From NCBI GenBank assembly GCA_950097015.1, contig CATNEN010000030.1, positions 1,860,001 through 1,924,000 of the forward strand: a DNA stretch of 64,000 nt. The letters are read 5' to 3'. Position numbers and translations under genes: made by a program. Shown here in pieces: positions 52,771 through 64,000 of this stretch. Numbering within the stretch: the first letter of the stretch is position 1; each line of letters opens with the position of its first letter. Source of the DNA: Macrostomum hystrix (Eukaryota > Animalia > Platyhelminthes). The notes under the pieces are model-generated. The model was not told where the DNA came from. It ran no database searches and saw nothing but the letters and a program-made list of their open reading frames with translations.

Positions 52771-53992
52771 GTAGTCGCGGCCACATGCTCACAACAATGG
52801 ATGGTCCGTCGGCCATTGGCGGGACTGCTTCGCGTTTGCCCACAGCTGATCAGCTCGGAGCTGGCGTCTCGGCACGGTCGACTCCTGCAGCTAATTCTGG
52901 CCGGGCTAGTTCGCATGCTCGGCTTTTCCACCAACCTCATGGCCGACTACCAGCGTCTTTTGAAGTCGCCTTCGAGTCCAATGGCTGCTAATGATGAATG
53001 GGAACTGTTGCAGGAGAGCAGCATTCTCGCTAGACAACATGGCCTCACTTTTGTGCGCTCTCCGGCAGTTCGCAGGTTTGCGGAGCGCCACTTCAACTGC
53101 AGTGTGGGCCTGCCGTTGGCCCCCGGGCGTGGAGCAGATGCCTGGGACCCTGTCTTCATGTTTCCGTCAGTCCTCTCGGCAGTCCCAGCTTCGCCAGGTG
53201 TATCTGGGCTTGACGAAGGCACGCTAGCACTTTTAGAGGACTCTGGGTGGTACATTGTGAACTACTCTCTGGCTAACAGATTTGCTTGGGGTAAACAAGC
53301 TGGTTGCGGGTTCTCAACAAACTGCTCAACAACTGAATCGGCACATCCGAGCCCAATGTTCTGTTCAGCTGCCGACCTACTGCCGAGTGCTCTGAAGCCG
53401 GACTTCTCACACAGGTCTGCGGGGTCCTGCGATCGCATTGCTGGCACAAACTGCAGCACGATTTTGCCTCAGGACAGTGAATTGTGCAAATTTGATGGCA
53501 ACTTTCGCAGCCTGCAGCTGATTAATGCAGCCAGCAATGAGACACAGTGCTTATCAGTAGAATGCCCATCTAAAGCTGATGCAAGCAGCGCCAGTTATGT
53601 AGTAACTCGAAACAAACTCCGAGCTGTCTGTCCGGCAAATGCTTCGGCTGTTGATTTCGGCGATGGCGTCCAGCTGCTCTGCGTCCACATCAGCCTCGTC
53701 TGCCCGGCCCAGTCGTCTGTGCTGGACCTCCTGGCAGGGTTTTCCTGGCCGCAGAGTATTAGCAATGCCAGCACTACCACCACCATGGAATATCACAATG
53801 GAATCAGCACGCGCGGAGGCCTGGCCAGCAGCGCCGACACCGCATCTCAAGGCCCAGTTGCTAGCAGGTCTGGCGCTAGCACGGGCACCACAACATCCAC
53901 TAGCAGCCCTAGTGCACGCACAAGAGCTGTCAGCAACGAACTTTCTACGTCCGCTACAACGGTTCCAATGTCTTCCATTCAAACAACGCCGA
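52771..53992 (+). CDS. M8-like protein exon 4: degenerate catalytic domain, Cys-rich region, Ser/Thr stalk
   Basis: RPLAGLLRVCP, LGFS, RHFNC, TLALLEDSGWYIVNYSLANRFAWGKQAGCGF are leishmanolysin/invadolysin motifs; gtaagt donor. Confidence 0.88.
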
Positions 53993-54436
53993 GTAAGTTT
54001 TCAACAGATGTGCCAATATTTATCAGCCATCCCGAAGCCTTATTTTTGAATATCTTAACAATTTTCTCGAGCCTCGGAACTTCAGGTCATCCCCAATTCC
54101 CCTTTTTCGATCATATTTTGCAGCTGTACAGGATCATTCAGTGAGACAAAAAATTCCTCCGATGAAAAGGAGTCTACTAGCGACACCTTTGAATCAGAGC
54201 TGTAAGCGTCAAATAGGTCGGAAACGGAAATTCCATTGACTAAATGCAGCTTTTGGTGAAGGAAAATATTCACTTAATGCGAAAAATTCTTTGTTTTGTT
54301 ACGCAAGCTAAATAAAATAACTATGAGAAAGCACTAACTACGAGTCACCTGCACTCAATATATATTTGATGCTTTAAATTGTTGTGATTTCAGTTCGCGG
54401 TGCATGCAGCGAAAGATTGCTCAAGCCGCATAATCT

Positions 54437-54769
54437 CAAGGGCCATTAGGAATTGAAGGACGGGAAGCTATGTTTCTTTAAAAAAGTTTAGGAGGCTTGC
54501 AGCTTTTCGCCAAAAAATAGACTTTTTCACATTCAAATTTTAAGAAGCAGTTCCAATGCTTTTATTTTGATATAACTAACCTAGCTCTAACGAATTTAGA
54601 AAAAACCTAGTTTTAAAGTGGTTTTGTTGCTTCAGGAGCTTAATGAATATTTAATTTGTGTAGAAAAAAGTAAGAATTGCCAACCACCGTCGTGTTTTCG
54701 TTGAAAACCAGCCCGCTGAAGGTTTTCTAAGAAACTTAGTTTCCCGTCCAATTCCTTAAGTGGTCCTTG
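54437..54769. mobile_element. MITE-like element with ~45-bp imperfect terminal inverted repeats
   Basis: caagggccattaggaattgaaggacgggaagctatgtttctt vs reverse complement caaggaccacttaaggaattggacgggaaactaagtttctt; no clear TSD. Confidence 0.55.
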
Positions 54770-55000
54770 CATAAACTTCAGTGGTTAAGTTTAACTTTCT
54801 ACGCATAGTGTGTACTCTAGCAACTAAATGGTTTTATGTGAACTAATTCTATTAGCAGTAATTGCTAACTAAACATGTTTTATAGTGCATGTTAAAAGGC
54901 ACATGAAAACACGTATGTAGCTCGTAGATTGCAAATTTAATTGACATAGTTAACCCGTTTCATCTAAAATTATCCAAGTTAAATTATGGTTTGATCGCAG

Positions 55001-55198
55001 ATGCGCCAGCAAGATTCACGATCCGCTTTGAAAAAATGGAATACTTTCAACTGGTCAACAAGGACCTGATGCAGGAGTTCAAGGCGTCACTGCAGAAGGT
55101 CCTGGCGGACGCTTTTAGCATTTCTATCGATTTCATTTCAATTATCGACGTGAAGCCCGGTTCTGTGATTGCAATATTTGAAAACTCTGATCCCAATG
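55001..55198 (+). CDS. M8-like protein exon 5: SEA-like domain N-part (…VKPGSVIAIF)
   Basis: Phase 1-1; FTIRF…LQKVLADAF…GSVI pattern. Confidence 0.8.
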
Positions 55199-55306
55199 GT
55201 GAGCAATAATGTGTCAATTCAAGTAGACTTTGCAAAGCCTTAACTCGTACTCATTGAATTGCTTGGTTAAGTTAACTCTGTAAAAACCCCATGTCCACTC
55301 ACTCAG

Positions 55307-55406
55307 CTGATGCACCCACCAAGCTGGCGTTGATTAAGGCCAAAGTGGATACCGGAGCAGTTGTCGTGAGAGTTGACGGTATCGAATACTCAGCAACATC
55401 GGTTAA
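55307..55406 (+). CDS. M8-like protein exon 6: SEA-like C-part
   Basis: cactcag acceptor, gtaagt donor, phase 1-2. Confidence 0.78.
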
Positions 55407-55560
55407 GTAAGTTATGCCATTTAGTTTTGTAGACTCATTAGAACCTTTTCAAAGCTGGTTACCTACTGTTCATGTGGTTCTCTCGTTTTCAATTTTAAAA
55501 GCATATACGCAATCGATTCGATACATTTGGCATGCCTTCAACTCCGCACTAAAGCTACAG

Positions 55561-55981
55561 TCACGGCAACGACGGGCTGAGCTTTCCGCTGATGGAGGTG
55601 GTCATCGGCTCGGTGGTCGGCGGCCTCCTGCTAATCGGTTTCATCCTAGTGATAGCCCTGGTGACAATGAAGCACAAGCTCAACCGACCGAGGATGCAAG
55701 TTCGGCCGCGCAGTGAGGACATATCGCCAAGCAGCTCGGCGCAGACTTCTCGCCAGTGCTCGGCCGCGACCTCTGGCATAGTTCAACTAGCCGTCCTTGG
55801 TAGCTACAGCGCCGCTCCGTCGGCTCGCGCTGTTGCTGATGTTGAGTCGACATTCAACGGCGGTCGTCGAGGCAAAGGCGGTCGCGGAGGCCGCGGAAGT
55901 GGCGCCGGAGTTGAACGAGGCATTTCAGCTGGTAGCGTAGGCTTACAGTTTAGCGACTCTGCTTTGTACTTTGAAGCCTAA
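55561..55981 (+). CDS. M8-like protein exon 7: TM helix and RGG-rich cytoplasmic tail
   Basis: VVIGSVVGGLLLIGFILVIALVTM-KHK; stop TAA. Confidence 0.82.
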
Positions 55982-57370
55982 TGAAAATTCGTGCTCTTAG
56001 TTTTTTAATCAGCATGTCCTTGCTACCTACTAAAAGTAGAAACAGCAGAAAATGTTGCGAAAAGTGTTAACGGTTAAAAATCGTTTCTGGATACTTGATT
56101 CCTAGACATGGGCAAGATCATTCAAGAAGAAATGTGTTGAATGAAATCTAGGCTAGAAAATTCCTAACGAAGACAGGGACATGCATGTATTGCGCTTTTC
56201 TTAATCGGCCGTTTTTTCCCCCATCCTGTTTTCACATACTTTAAGTAGTAACAACCAAAAGGCCTTTTGAACCGAAAGTCCGACATTTTGTGAGCATTTA
56301 TTTGAGTCCTCGTTTTGATTCCTTTGTCTGTTTACCTGATACAAATTATCTTTTTGGCATTCTTAAACCGCGCTCAAGAAATTGAATCCAGCCTTTTTAC
56401 ATGTGTATACGAAAGCGGTGTCCTTTATAGACTATTTGACCGATACACTCAATTTAGTTCCACGGAAAGGAAGGCAGTTCTCGCTTTGGGAAAGTACTTG
56501 AAGATTTTCAGCAGCTTTTGCTGGAAATTTGTCCCACATACATACACCAACTATGTGGGAATAAAAGCAGCAGATAATATGCTCGCATGACAACGGAACT
56601 CGCCCCTTCCATCGAGTAATTGATCTCACAGTGCATGCACCACGCCTTATATCGTCAGGCGGGACATAGGCCTTGTATTTCGGATCATTATAATTGACAA
56701 ATATATTTCCGTGGCCCTTTTTGCGTTGTGTTCAGCCATGAAAGTTGTAAAAAGTAAAAATAATTTTTTTTCACAGGATATTTTTATGTATTTTTTACTA
56801 TATTCTCATGCATTATTATGATTTTAACCTTATTTCACTATTTTACTTGGTATCGGACGAATTTAATTCGATTAAGTTACGATTACTAAGTTACGATTAC
56901 TTAAATTTAAACTATACGAGCAAGGCTTCTTTGAAAAATTATTGTAAGGAGTCAGAATAGCAAGTCGTATAAGGATTGAACAAAGGCGAATGGATTTCCT
57001 AGGCAATAGCGAATAATCAGCAAGTGCAGTGTCTATATTTTGACATCGGCTCCCCAGAAAACAAAGCAGCCACCTGAGTGCTGGACTTGGTAAGTGGCCG
57101 TAGGATCAGAAGTGCTCCTGCAGATCATCGTGTGTCTTATCATTGCCTCCAAACTCTATACGACGTTAAACAGCAGGGTTGACCACGAAGCGCGACTCAC
57201 CTCACATTGCAGAGTTTAAAGCAGGTGATAACTGTGTGTGATAATCGCCCCCTGGAGCGATACCACCGCAGTTTAGCAAACATATTCGAGACTCCGTTGT
57301 AGCAATTCCAACGAAAGATACACAAATTGAATCCCTGATCGATCTATTATATATAAAAGCATAGTGACTA

Positions 57371-58654
57371 CGAGGGGCACTAAAAAAGTTTGGAGCCTGA
57401 CCAAGATCTTATAGTGGCAAAGTGCTGCAGAAACTTCAGGCTCTAAAGGCGGCACATGTTAATAGTCGATTGCCAACTGTTCAGAATTCACTGCATTCCC
57501 TAAGTCGCACTGCACCATTATATTTCCAGCACCCCATGGCATTTTCTCAAGAACTGAATCTTGAGCACAGGGCAGTGATCAAATTTCTGATTCTGAAGGG
57601 CTCAAAGCCTGCTGAAATTCAAAGCCGCATGGCTGGTGTGTACGCTGACGCTTCCCCCTCATACGCCACCATCAAGCGCCGGGCAGCCGAGTTTAAGCGT
57701 GGCTGCGACTCGCTCGAAGATGACCCCCGATGTGGACGACCCCAGACTACTGTCACTGCCGACAACATCCAGCGCATCCAGGCTCTGGTTGACAGTGACC
57801 GGCGATAGTCAGGGAACTTGTGGCAGACACAGGACTCTCTGACCCGCAAGTCATTGAGATCCTGCACCAGCATCTTCATCTGTCCAAGGTTTCTCTGCCA
57901 GATGGATCCCACGAATCTTGACAAGGGACCAAAAGACCGCACGGGTGCAGTACTCAAAGCTTGTCCTGGACTCCTACGATCCGGACCCTACCAACTTACT
58001 GTCCTGCTGCGTGACCGGGGATGAGACGTGGATCCATCACCACGATCCTGAGTCCAAGCAGGAGTCCAAGCAGTGGCTGCCAGTTGGTTCACCTGCACCA
58101 CTGAAGGCACGGACTGCATGCAGTGCGGGCAAAATTATGCTGACCGTCTTCTGGGATGCCAAGGGCCCGCTGCTGCTGGACTTTCAACCGCACAAGCAGA
58201 CAGTCACAGGCGCCTATACTACGCTGACCTTATCGCCCGTCTGCGCGATGCAATCAAGGAAAATAGGCGAGGGATGCTGAGCAGTGGTGTTGTGCTGCTG
58301 CTCGACAACGCACCGGACCACACCAGCAGGATTGCCAAGGCTGCTGTCAGTGTCGCAGGGTTCCGAGAGCTACCGCACCCGGTCTATTCACCGGACCTGG
58401 CCCCGAGCGACTTCCACCTGTTTTCACATCTCAAGCGGGCGCTTCATGGACAGCGATTTGGCACTGATGACGCGCTGAAGGATGCTGCAACTGCTTGGTT
58501 TGAGGGCTGCTCGGTGCAATTCTTCCAGAGTGGCATTGAGGCGCTGCGATCAAGATGTCATAAGTGCATCTTGGTTGGGGGAGACTATGTTGAGAAAAGC
58601 TGATCTCACTTTGCCCATATCTCCTCTCTTTCAGTCCTTTAATAGTGCCCCTCG
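57371..58654 (+). mobile_element. Decayed mariner (DD34D) transposon, probably irritans/Hsmar2-like
   Basis: TA-flanked TIRs cgaggggcacta…/…tagtgcccctcg, 1284 bp; motifs VTGDETW, LLDNAPDH, YSPDLAPSDFHLF; in-frame stop and frameshifts near 57806-57960. Confidence 0.93.
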
Positions 58655-59539
58655 TAAAAAACCTACGGAAATATCTTGTAGGAGGCTAAAAGATAATTCA
58701 TATTTGTTGTTTAATTATTCTATTGTTGTTACGATTATAATAACACATGAGGTTTATACTTGGTTCAGCAATAATGAAGCATTTGATTATACTTCATGGA
58801 TTATGGAACGTATTATCGATTCTCTATGAACCGCTTGCGCCATGCGCGACCACTCACCCAATTCATTGGGGAGGAGGGTTAGGAGTGGGGTTGAATTCGT
58901 TCTGTCTATCCGCTGGGTGGGGAAGCACCGTGTACGCCCACCGCCCTCCAATACTGCAGTTGGTTGACTCTTCAACGTCCAGAAACCCAGAAACCCGTCC
59001 CTGTGCATCGGCGTATCGTAAATTCGACCGAGAATGTACAAACTTGTGCATGCTTTTCAGACACAACTATAGTGACTGGACAAGCTGTGTGACCCCACTT
59101 ACGTTACTTTTAAGTCGACCCCTTATGGCATTACTCTTATTTAAACGAGAAAGTCATGAGTAAAACGAAAAGGTCTAGTCTAGGACAGTCTATACTGTAA
59201 TAAAGTAAGCATAGGGCCTACCTGAATCGTTCATCCCATAGCCCATACTCTCCATAGCTAGGGAGATTCATATATTAATTAAGCAGCTTAGGAAGGAAGA
59301 CATGGAATTGTTTAACACCAAGTGTAAAATGCCAGAGCCCACCAAATAAAGAAAAACAAACTCATCTATAAATAAATGACATTGGCCTATGTAAATACAT
59401 TATCTCAACACTTTAACCACAATAAATATAGACTTTAGTCTGCCCAAGCAACATAGGGGTAGCCTGGGTAGGGCCTATTGGCACAAAGGATTTTAGAATT
59501 TAGAATTAGGAAAGCTCACATTGAAAGCTGATGTCCTCT

Positions 59540-60200
59540 TGGGTAGGCCTAATAACATTTTTTGCTTTTGAAAAGATATAGATAGACCTATTTTATTTTT
59601 TGTAGAGCATGATCTAATTACACTATAGGCCTAACTAGATTTTAGCCTAGCTATTAGCACTAGACTCTAGACTAGAGGATGCTTGCAAAAAAAGTTAATG
59701 ATTTATAGCCATAGGCCTAGCTAGGCCTAGGGACTAGCTAAAAAGCCTAAGCTCTATTTCTATCTGATTCTTTTGTGGCTTTGCTTAGGGCCTACAGACT
59801 TACAGGCTTAATAATTGGCCCTACATAGGCCTAGTTTAATATAAAGTATATTTTATGACAAATTGAGTCAATCAATCATTATGCACGCATTAGGCCTAGG
59901 CCTATTCACATAGTATATATGCATTTTTTCTTGATTGCTATGTTTCCATAACAGAACAATATTGGAAATTTAGCAAAATGTATTATTGTCTTTATTTAGC
60001 CCATTTGTTTAGGTTTTCTTAGGATTCTGGTAAGAAATCTAGTCTATTAGGCCTAGGCTTAGAATTAATAATGAAAACATATATTTACATAGACATACAT
60101 TGATATGAGATCTTGTATATACTAGGCCTATTATAGGTAGATTATGCTATTTTAGATAGAAGCCTAGCTAATATGATTTAGTGTGTATAGGCCTACCATC
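59540..60200. other. Cluster of 10 perfect TAGGCCTA palindromes in non-tandem AT-rich DNA
   Basis: Counted at ~59544, 59626, 59712, 59722, 59826, 59891, 59897, 60048, 60123, 60188. Confidence 0.9.
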
Positions 60201-60241
60201 AATGATGAGAACCTAAATCCAGCTAAGATAGATTTATTAGC

Positions 60242-60820
60242 TACTTACTTACTTAATTGCAGGGGGGCCTGGGGCACTTGACGCACAAGCGCAGGAACGG
60301 CATGCCCCCAGGCCGGCGAACTAGGCGGGAGTCGCCCATCGCGCCATCTAGACCCCTGAACACAGGCACCTCATACACAGCCGCAAGCCAAGCGGGGAAG
60401 GGGGCGGCAGCCGGAGTGCCTCTCACCCCAGGCCCGCACACACACAGAGCCGACCAAACCAGGGGAGGACTTAGATGCCTGAGGGGTTGGGACGAGAGGA
60501 CCAAGCCACGCGCGCAGACGGCTGGTGAAACCTCGCCGCTCAGAGCACGCATGGCTGGTGCACACCCGCCCCACCCCCATACAACGCCTCACACCCGGCC
60601 CAACGCACAAACACAAACACAAACAAGCAGGCATGCAGAAGGCAGGAGCGAAGCTATTATTTCAAGCTTTGATTGCACGAAATATGGTGCACCTCCGCCG
60701 GTCGCTACTGTCCAAACCCCCCCAACAAGTACCGAAATTAATCGTGACTTGAAGGGTGAATCGAACTAGCGTCCTTTGGAGTGCGAGGCAGCGACGTTAG
60801 CCGCTGACCCCACTCGCCCG
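60242..60820 (-). mobile_element. Long (~570 bp) tRNA-headed SINE-like element with (TAAG)n tail
   Basis: Minus strand starts cgggcgagtggggtcagcggctaacg…gctagttcgattc (A/B-box-like); GC-rich body; ends ccccctgcaattaagtaagtaagt. Confidence 0.65.
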
Positions 60821-61459
60821 ATTTATTAGCTATCTTGATAGTATAATAGGTGATACCAATAGCTTAGTATAACTATCTATTTCTGACTTAGCTAGCTAAT
60901 ATTAGGTAGATTTTTGTTAAGAATTAGGCCATTGACCAGGTAAATTAATGTCAATTAAATTAACCAAAAAGTATCAAAGTTGATATTTAAATTGAAGTTT
61001 CTAATTTATTAAAGCTAAATTTTCATAAGCTAAGTTGTAAAGAAATTGAAAAAATATAGACACTTGAGTCATGGCTATGTTTAAGTTAGCTATATAGTCC
61101 TATATAGGCACTATCCTATATTACCTGTCTGAGCTTAATTAACAAAAATTAGGCCTGTAGTCATACGAGCAAGTTTCATATATAGACAAAAAACAAATAT
61201 AAAGATAAAACATGGCATAGAATTTCACAAAATAAATATTTTAAAATTTATAAATTCAGCTAAAATTGTTTTATGAAGCTAGGCTATAGGCCACTACAGC
61301 ATGCCTAGCTAGATTCTAATAAACTAGATGATTCATTTCTAGGTCATCTGTTCCACTGGAGGCAGCATCAGTGGCAGAAGTTCGAGCATAATCTCACCTT
61401 TTGGCGGTGCACCTGTGCACAGTCTCAGTGGCAGTAGCAACAGTGCTGGCCTTGTTGCC

Positions 61460-62035
61460 ATGACAACAACAACCACTGGCATGGATGCCTCTAGCAGTGG
61501 AATCTGCAGCTACAATGCCACAATGGCAGCTGCAGCAGTCCCGCCATTTTGCAACGATGGCGGCGGCAGTGGCGGGTACATTTCCTTGAGCTATCAGCAT
61601 CCAATGCAGCAGCCGCATCACCAGCAGCTGCAGCAGATGCTGGGCGGCGGTCATGGCTATAGTGATATGCCTCATCATCTGCACAGTCCGCACCTGCATC
61701 ATGTTCAGCCACATAGTCAGCAGCCCCAGCATCTCCTTCATCATCAGCAGCATCAGCACTATGTTCAGCAGTTGCAGCTGCCCCTAACTGAGCCCCTATT
61801 GCAGCCGCAGCAGCAGCAGCATCCCGTTTCCATAGTAACCATTCGCGGTGATGAATTTAATATCGGCGACATCGAGGAAGACGAGGACGATGAGGATGGA
61901 GTGGGTGATGACAGAGACTCGAGTGGTCTATCGTCAGCTATGAGAGACAGTGGCGATTGTGGAAACAACGGCATCGCGCCTCCTAAAAATAGACCGCAAC
62001 GCGGTGGTGGAACTCGTAAATTCAAGGCTGAACAG
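61460..62035 (+). CDS. Fos/ATF3-type bZIP factor, N-terminal exon (His/Gln-rich, acidic); frame open back to acceptor at 61342
   Basis: Open frame ending RKFKAEQ at a cag|gtaaag donor, phase 0. Confidence 0.75.
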
Positions 62036-62269
62036 GTAAAGAAAATTCACATTGTTTATGCTGCTTTGAATATGTTCGCAATTCCAAAGTCAGAGTGTCG
62101 CCGTTTTCAGATGCCAATGGAATTAAAATCCCATCCAAATAGGGGCAGGATCCTCGGTTGTTAAATAACTGATCTGAGTATTGAAATCCTGACATCTTGA
62201 GTTTGAGATCCCCAGGTCTGGGATATGAGATCCATATATCTCGGATATGGGATATGAGATCTGGGATAT

Positions 62270-63607
62270 CCACGCCAGTCACACTCCCCCCAATTCCACG
62301 CCAGTCACACTCCCCCCTATTCCACGCCAGTCACACTCCCCCAAATTCTACGCCAGTCACACTCTCCCCAATTCCACGCCACTCACACTCCCCCCAATTC
62401 CACGCCAGTCACACTCCCCCCCCAATTCCACCCCAGTCACACTCCCCCCCAATTCCACGCCAGTCACACTCCCCCCAATTCCACGCCAGTCACACTCCCT
62501 CCCCCAATTCCACCCCAGTCACACTCCCCCCCAATTCCACGCCAGTCACACTCCCTCCCAATTCCACGCCAGTCACACTCCCCCCAATTCCACGCCAGTC
62601 ACACTCCCCCCCAATTCCACGCCAGTCACACTCCCCCCCAATTCCACGCCAGTCACACTCCCCCCAATTCCACGCCAGTCACACTCCCCCAAATTCTACG
62701 CCAGTCACACTCCCCCAATTCCACGCCACTCACACTCCCCCCAATTCCACGCCAGTCACACTCCCTCCCCCAATTCCACCCCAGTCACACTCCCCCCCAA
62801 TTCCACGCCAGTCACACTCCCTCCCAATTCCACGCCAGTCACACTCCCCCCAATTCCACGCCAGTCACACTCCCCCCAATTCCACGCCAGTCACACTCCC
62901 TCCCCCAATTCCACCCCAGTCACACTCCCCCCCAATTCCACGCCAGTCACACTCCCTCCCAATTCCACGCCAGTCACACTCCCCCCAATTCCACGCCAGT
63001 CACACTCCCCCCAATTCCACGCCACTCACACTCCCCCCAATTCCACGCCACTCACACTCCCCCCAATTCTACGCCAGTCACACTCCCCCCAATTCTACGC
63101 CACTCACACTCCCCCCAATTCTACGCCAGTCACACTCCCCCCAATTCTACGCCACTCACACTCCCCCCCAATTCCACGCCAGTCACACTCCCCCCAATTC
63201 TACGCCAGTTACACTCCCCCCAATTCTACGCCAGTCACACTCCCCCCAATTCTACGCCAGTCACACTCCCCCCCAATTCTACGCCAGTCACACTCCCCCC
63301 AATTCCACGCCAGTCAGATTCCCCCCAATTCCACGCCAGTCAGACTCCGGGAATTCCACGCCAGTCACACTCCCCCCAATTCCACGCCACTCACACTCCC
63401 CCCAATTCCACGCCACTCACACTCCCCCCAATTCCACGCCAGTCACACTCCCCCCCCCAATTCTACGCCAGTCACACTACCCCCAATTCTACGCCAGTCA
63501 CACTCCCCCCAATTCCACTCCAGTCAGATTCCCCCCCCCCCAATTCTACGCCAGTCACACTCCCCCCAATTCCACGCCAGTCACACTCCCCCCAAATTCT
63601 ACGCCAG
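62270..63607. repeat. ~26-bp C-rich minisatellite (ccacgccagtcacactccccccaatt) whose last CAG is the splice acceptor
   Basis: About 50 units; terminal ttctacgccag|GCG CAC. Confidence 0.95.
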
Positions 63608-64000
63608 GCGCACCCGGAGGAGTCGCAGCGTCGCGAGAAGCGCCGAGAGCGCAACCGCGTTGCCGCCGCCAAGTGCCGCAAGAAACGGCAGGACCGTATC
63701 GAGTGCCTGACGGAGGCTGTGCGCGACCTGGAAACCGACAATGCCCAGTTGGAGGCGACCGTCTCGCAGCTGATTGGTCGCCGCAGTCAGCTCATTAGCG
63801 AGGTTCGCGCGCACCAGCTTCGCTGTCACGATTCTGGCAAACTACTTGCTGAAGCAGCCGCCGCCGCTGCCGCCGCCGCCGCCGTCACAACTGAGCTGCC
63901 GCAGGCGCCGTTATCGTCAATCGGCGACGAGCTAGACGAAGGTAGCGAGTCCTGTCCGAGTTCGTCTAGCCGCTGCGGAGTCGGGGCGCCGCCTAGTCTA
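63608..64000 (+). CDS. Fos/ATF3-type bZIP factor, bZIP exon (runs off the window)
   Basis: EESQRREKRRERNRVAAAKCRKKRQDRIECLTEAVRDLETDNAQLEATVSQLIGRRSQLISEVRAHQLRC: AP-1 basic region, zipper and Fos-type HxxxC end. Confidence 0.92.

Overview
Eukaryotic, intron-containing animal DNA. The GC- and Ala/Gln-rich exons and minisatellite-stuffed introns are reminiscent of the flatworm Macrostomum lignano, but this is an inference, not a match. Roughly 24 kb (~38%, summed by eye) is tandem repeat, and almost all long ORFs in the supplied track are repeat artefacts. I rebuilt seven genes by hand from GT/AG sites and phase continuity. (1) A 5'-truncated LRR-TM receptor with a long linker and a degenerate TIR-like C-terminus (+, 840-7656). 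(2) A P/Q/G/Y-rich orphan (+, 9757-10894). (3) An SLC9B/NHA Na+/H+ antiporter (-, 12544-22882). (4) A polyQ orphan (-, ~26941-28001). (5) A CDKL1-type kinase with 9 exons (-, 32374-45502). (6) A leishmanolysin(M8)-like type-I membrane protein that has lost its zinc ligands and carries a mucin stalk and SEA-like domain (+, 50804-55981; two 1-nt homopolymer frameshifts). (7) A Fos/ATF3-type bZIP running off the end (+, 61460->64000). Mobile elements: a decayed mariner, three tRNA-derived SINE families (one CORE-SINE), a MITE-like element and a minimal Penelope-type hammerhead ribozyme. Most interesting: the TLR-like receptor; a minisatellite built from RFX X-boxes inside the ciliary kinase gene; minisatellites built from functional splice sites; the pseudo-peptidase/SEA receptor; the hammerhead; and a dense TAGGCCTA cluster.
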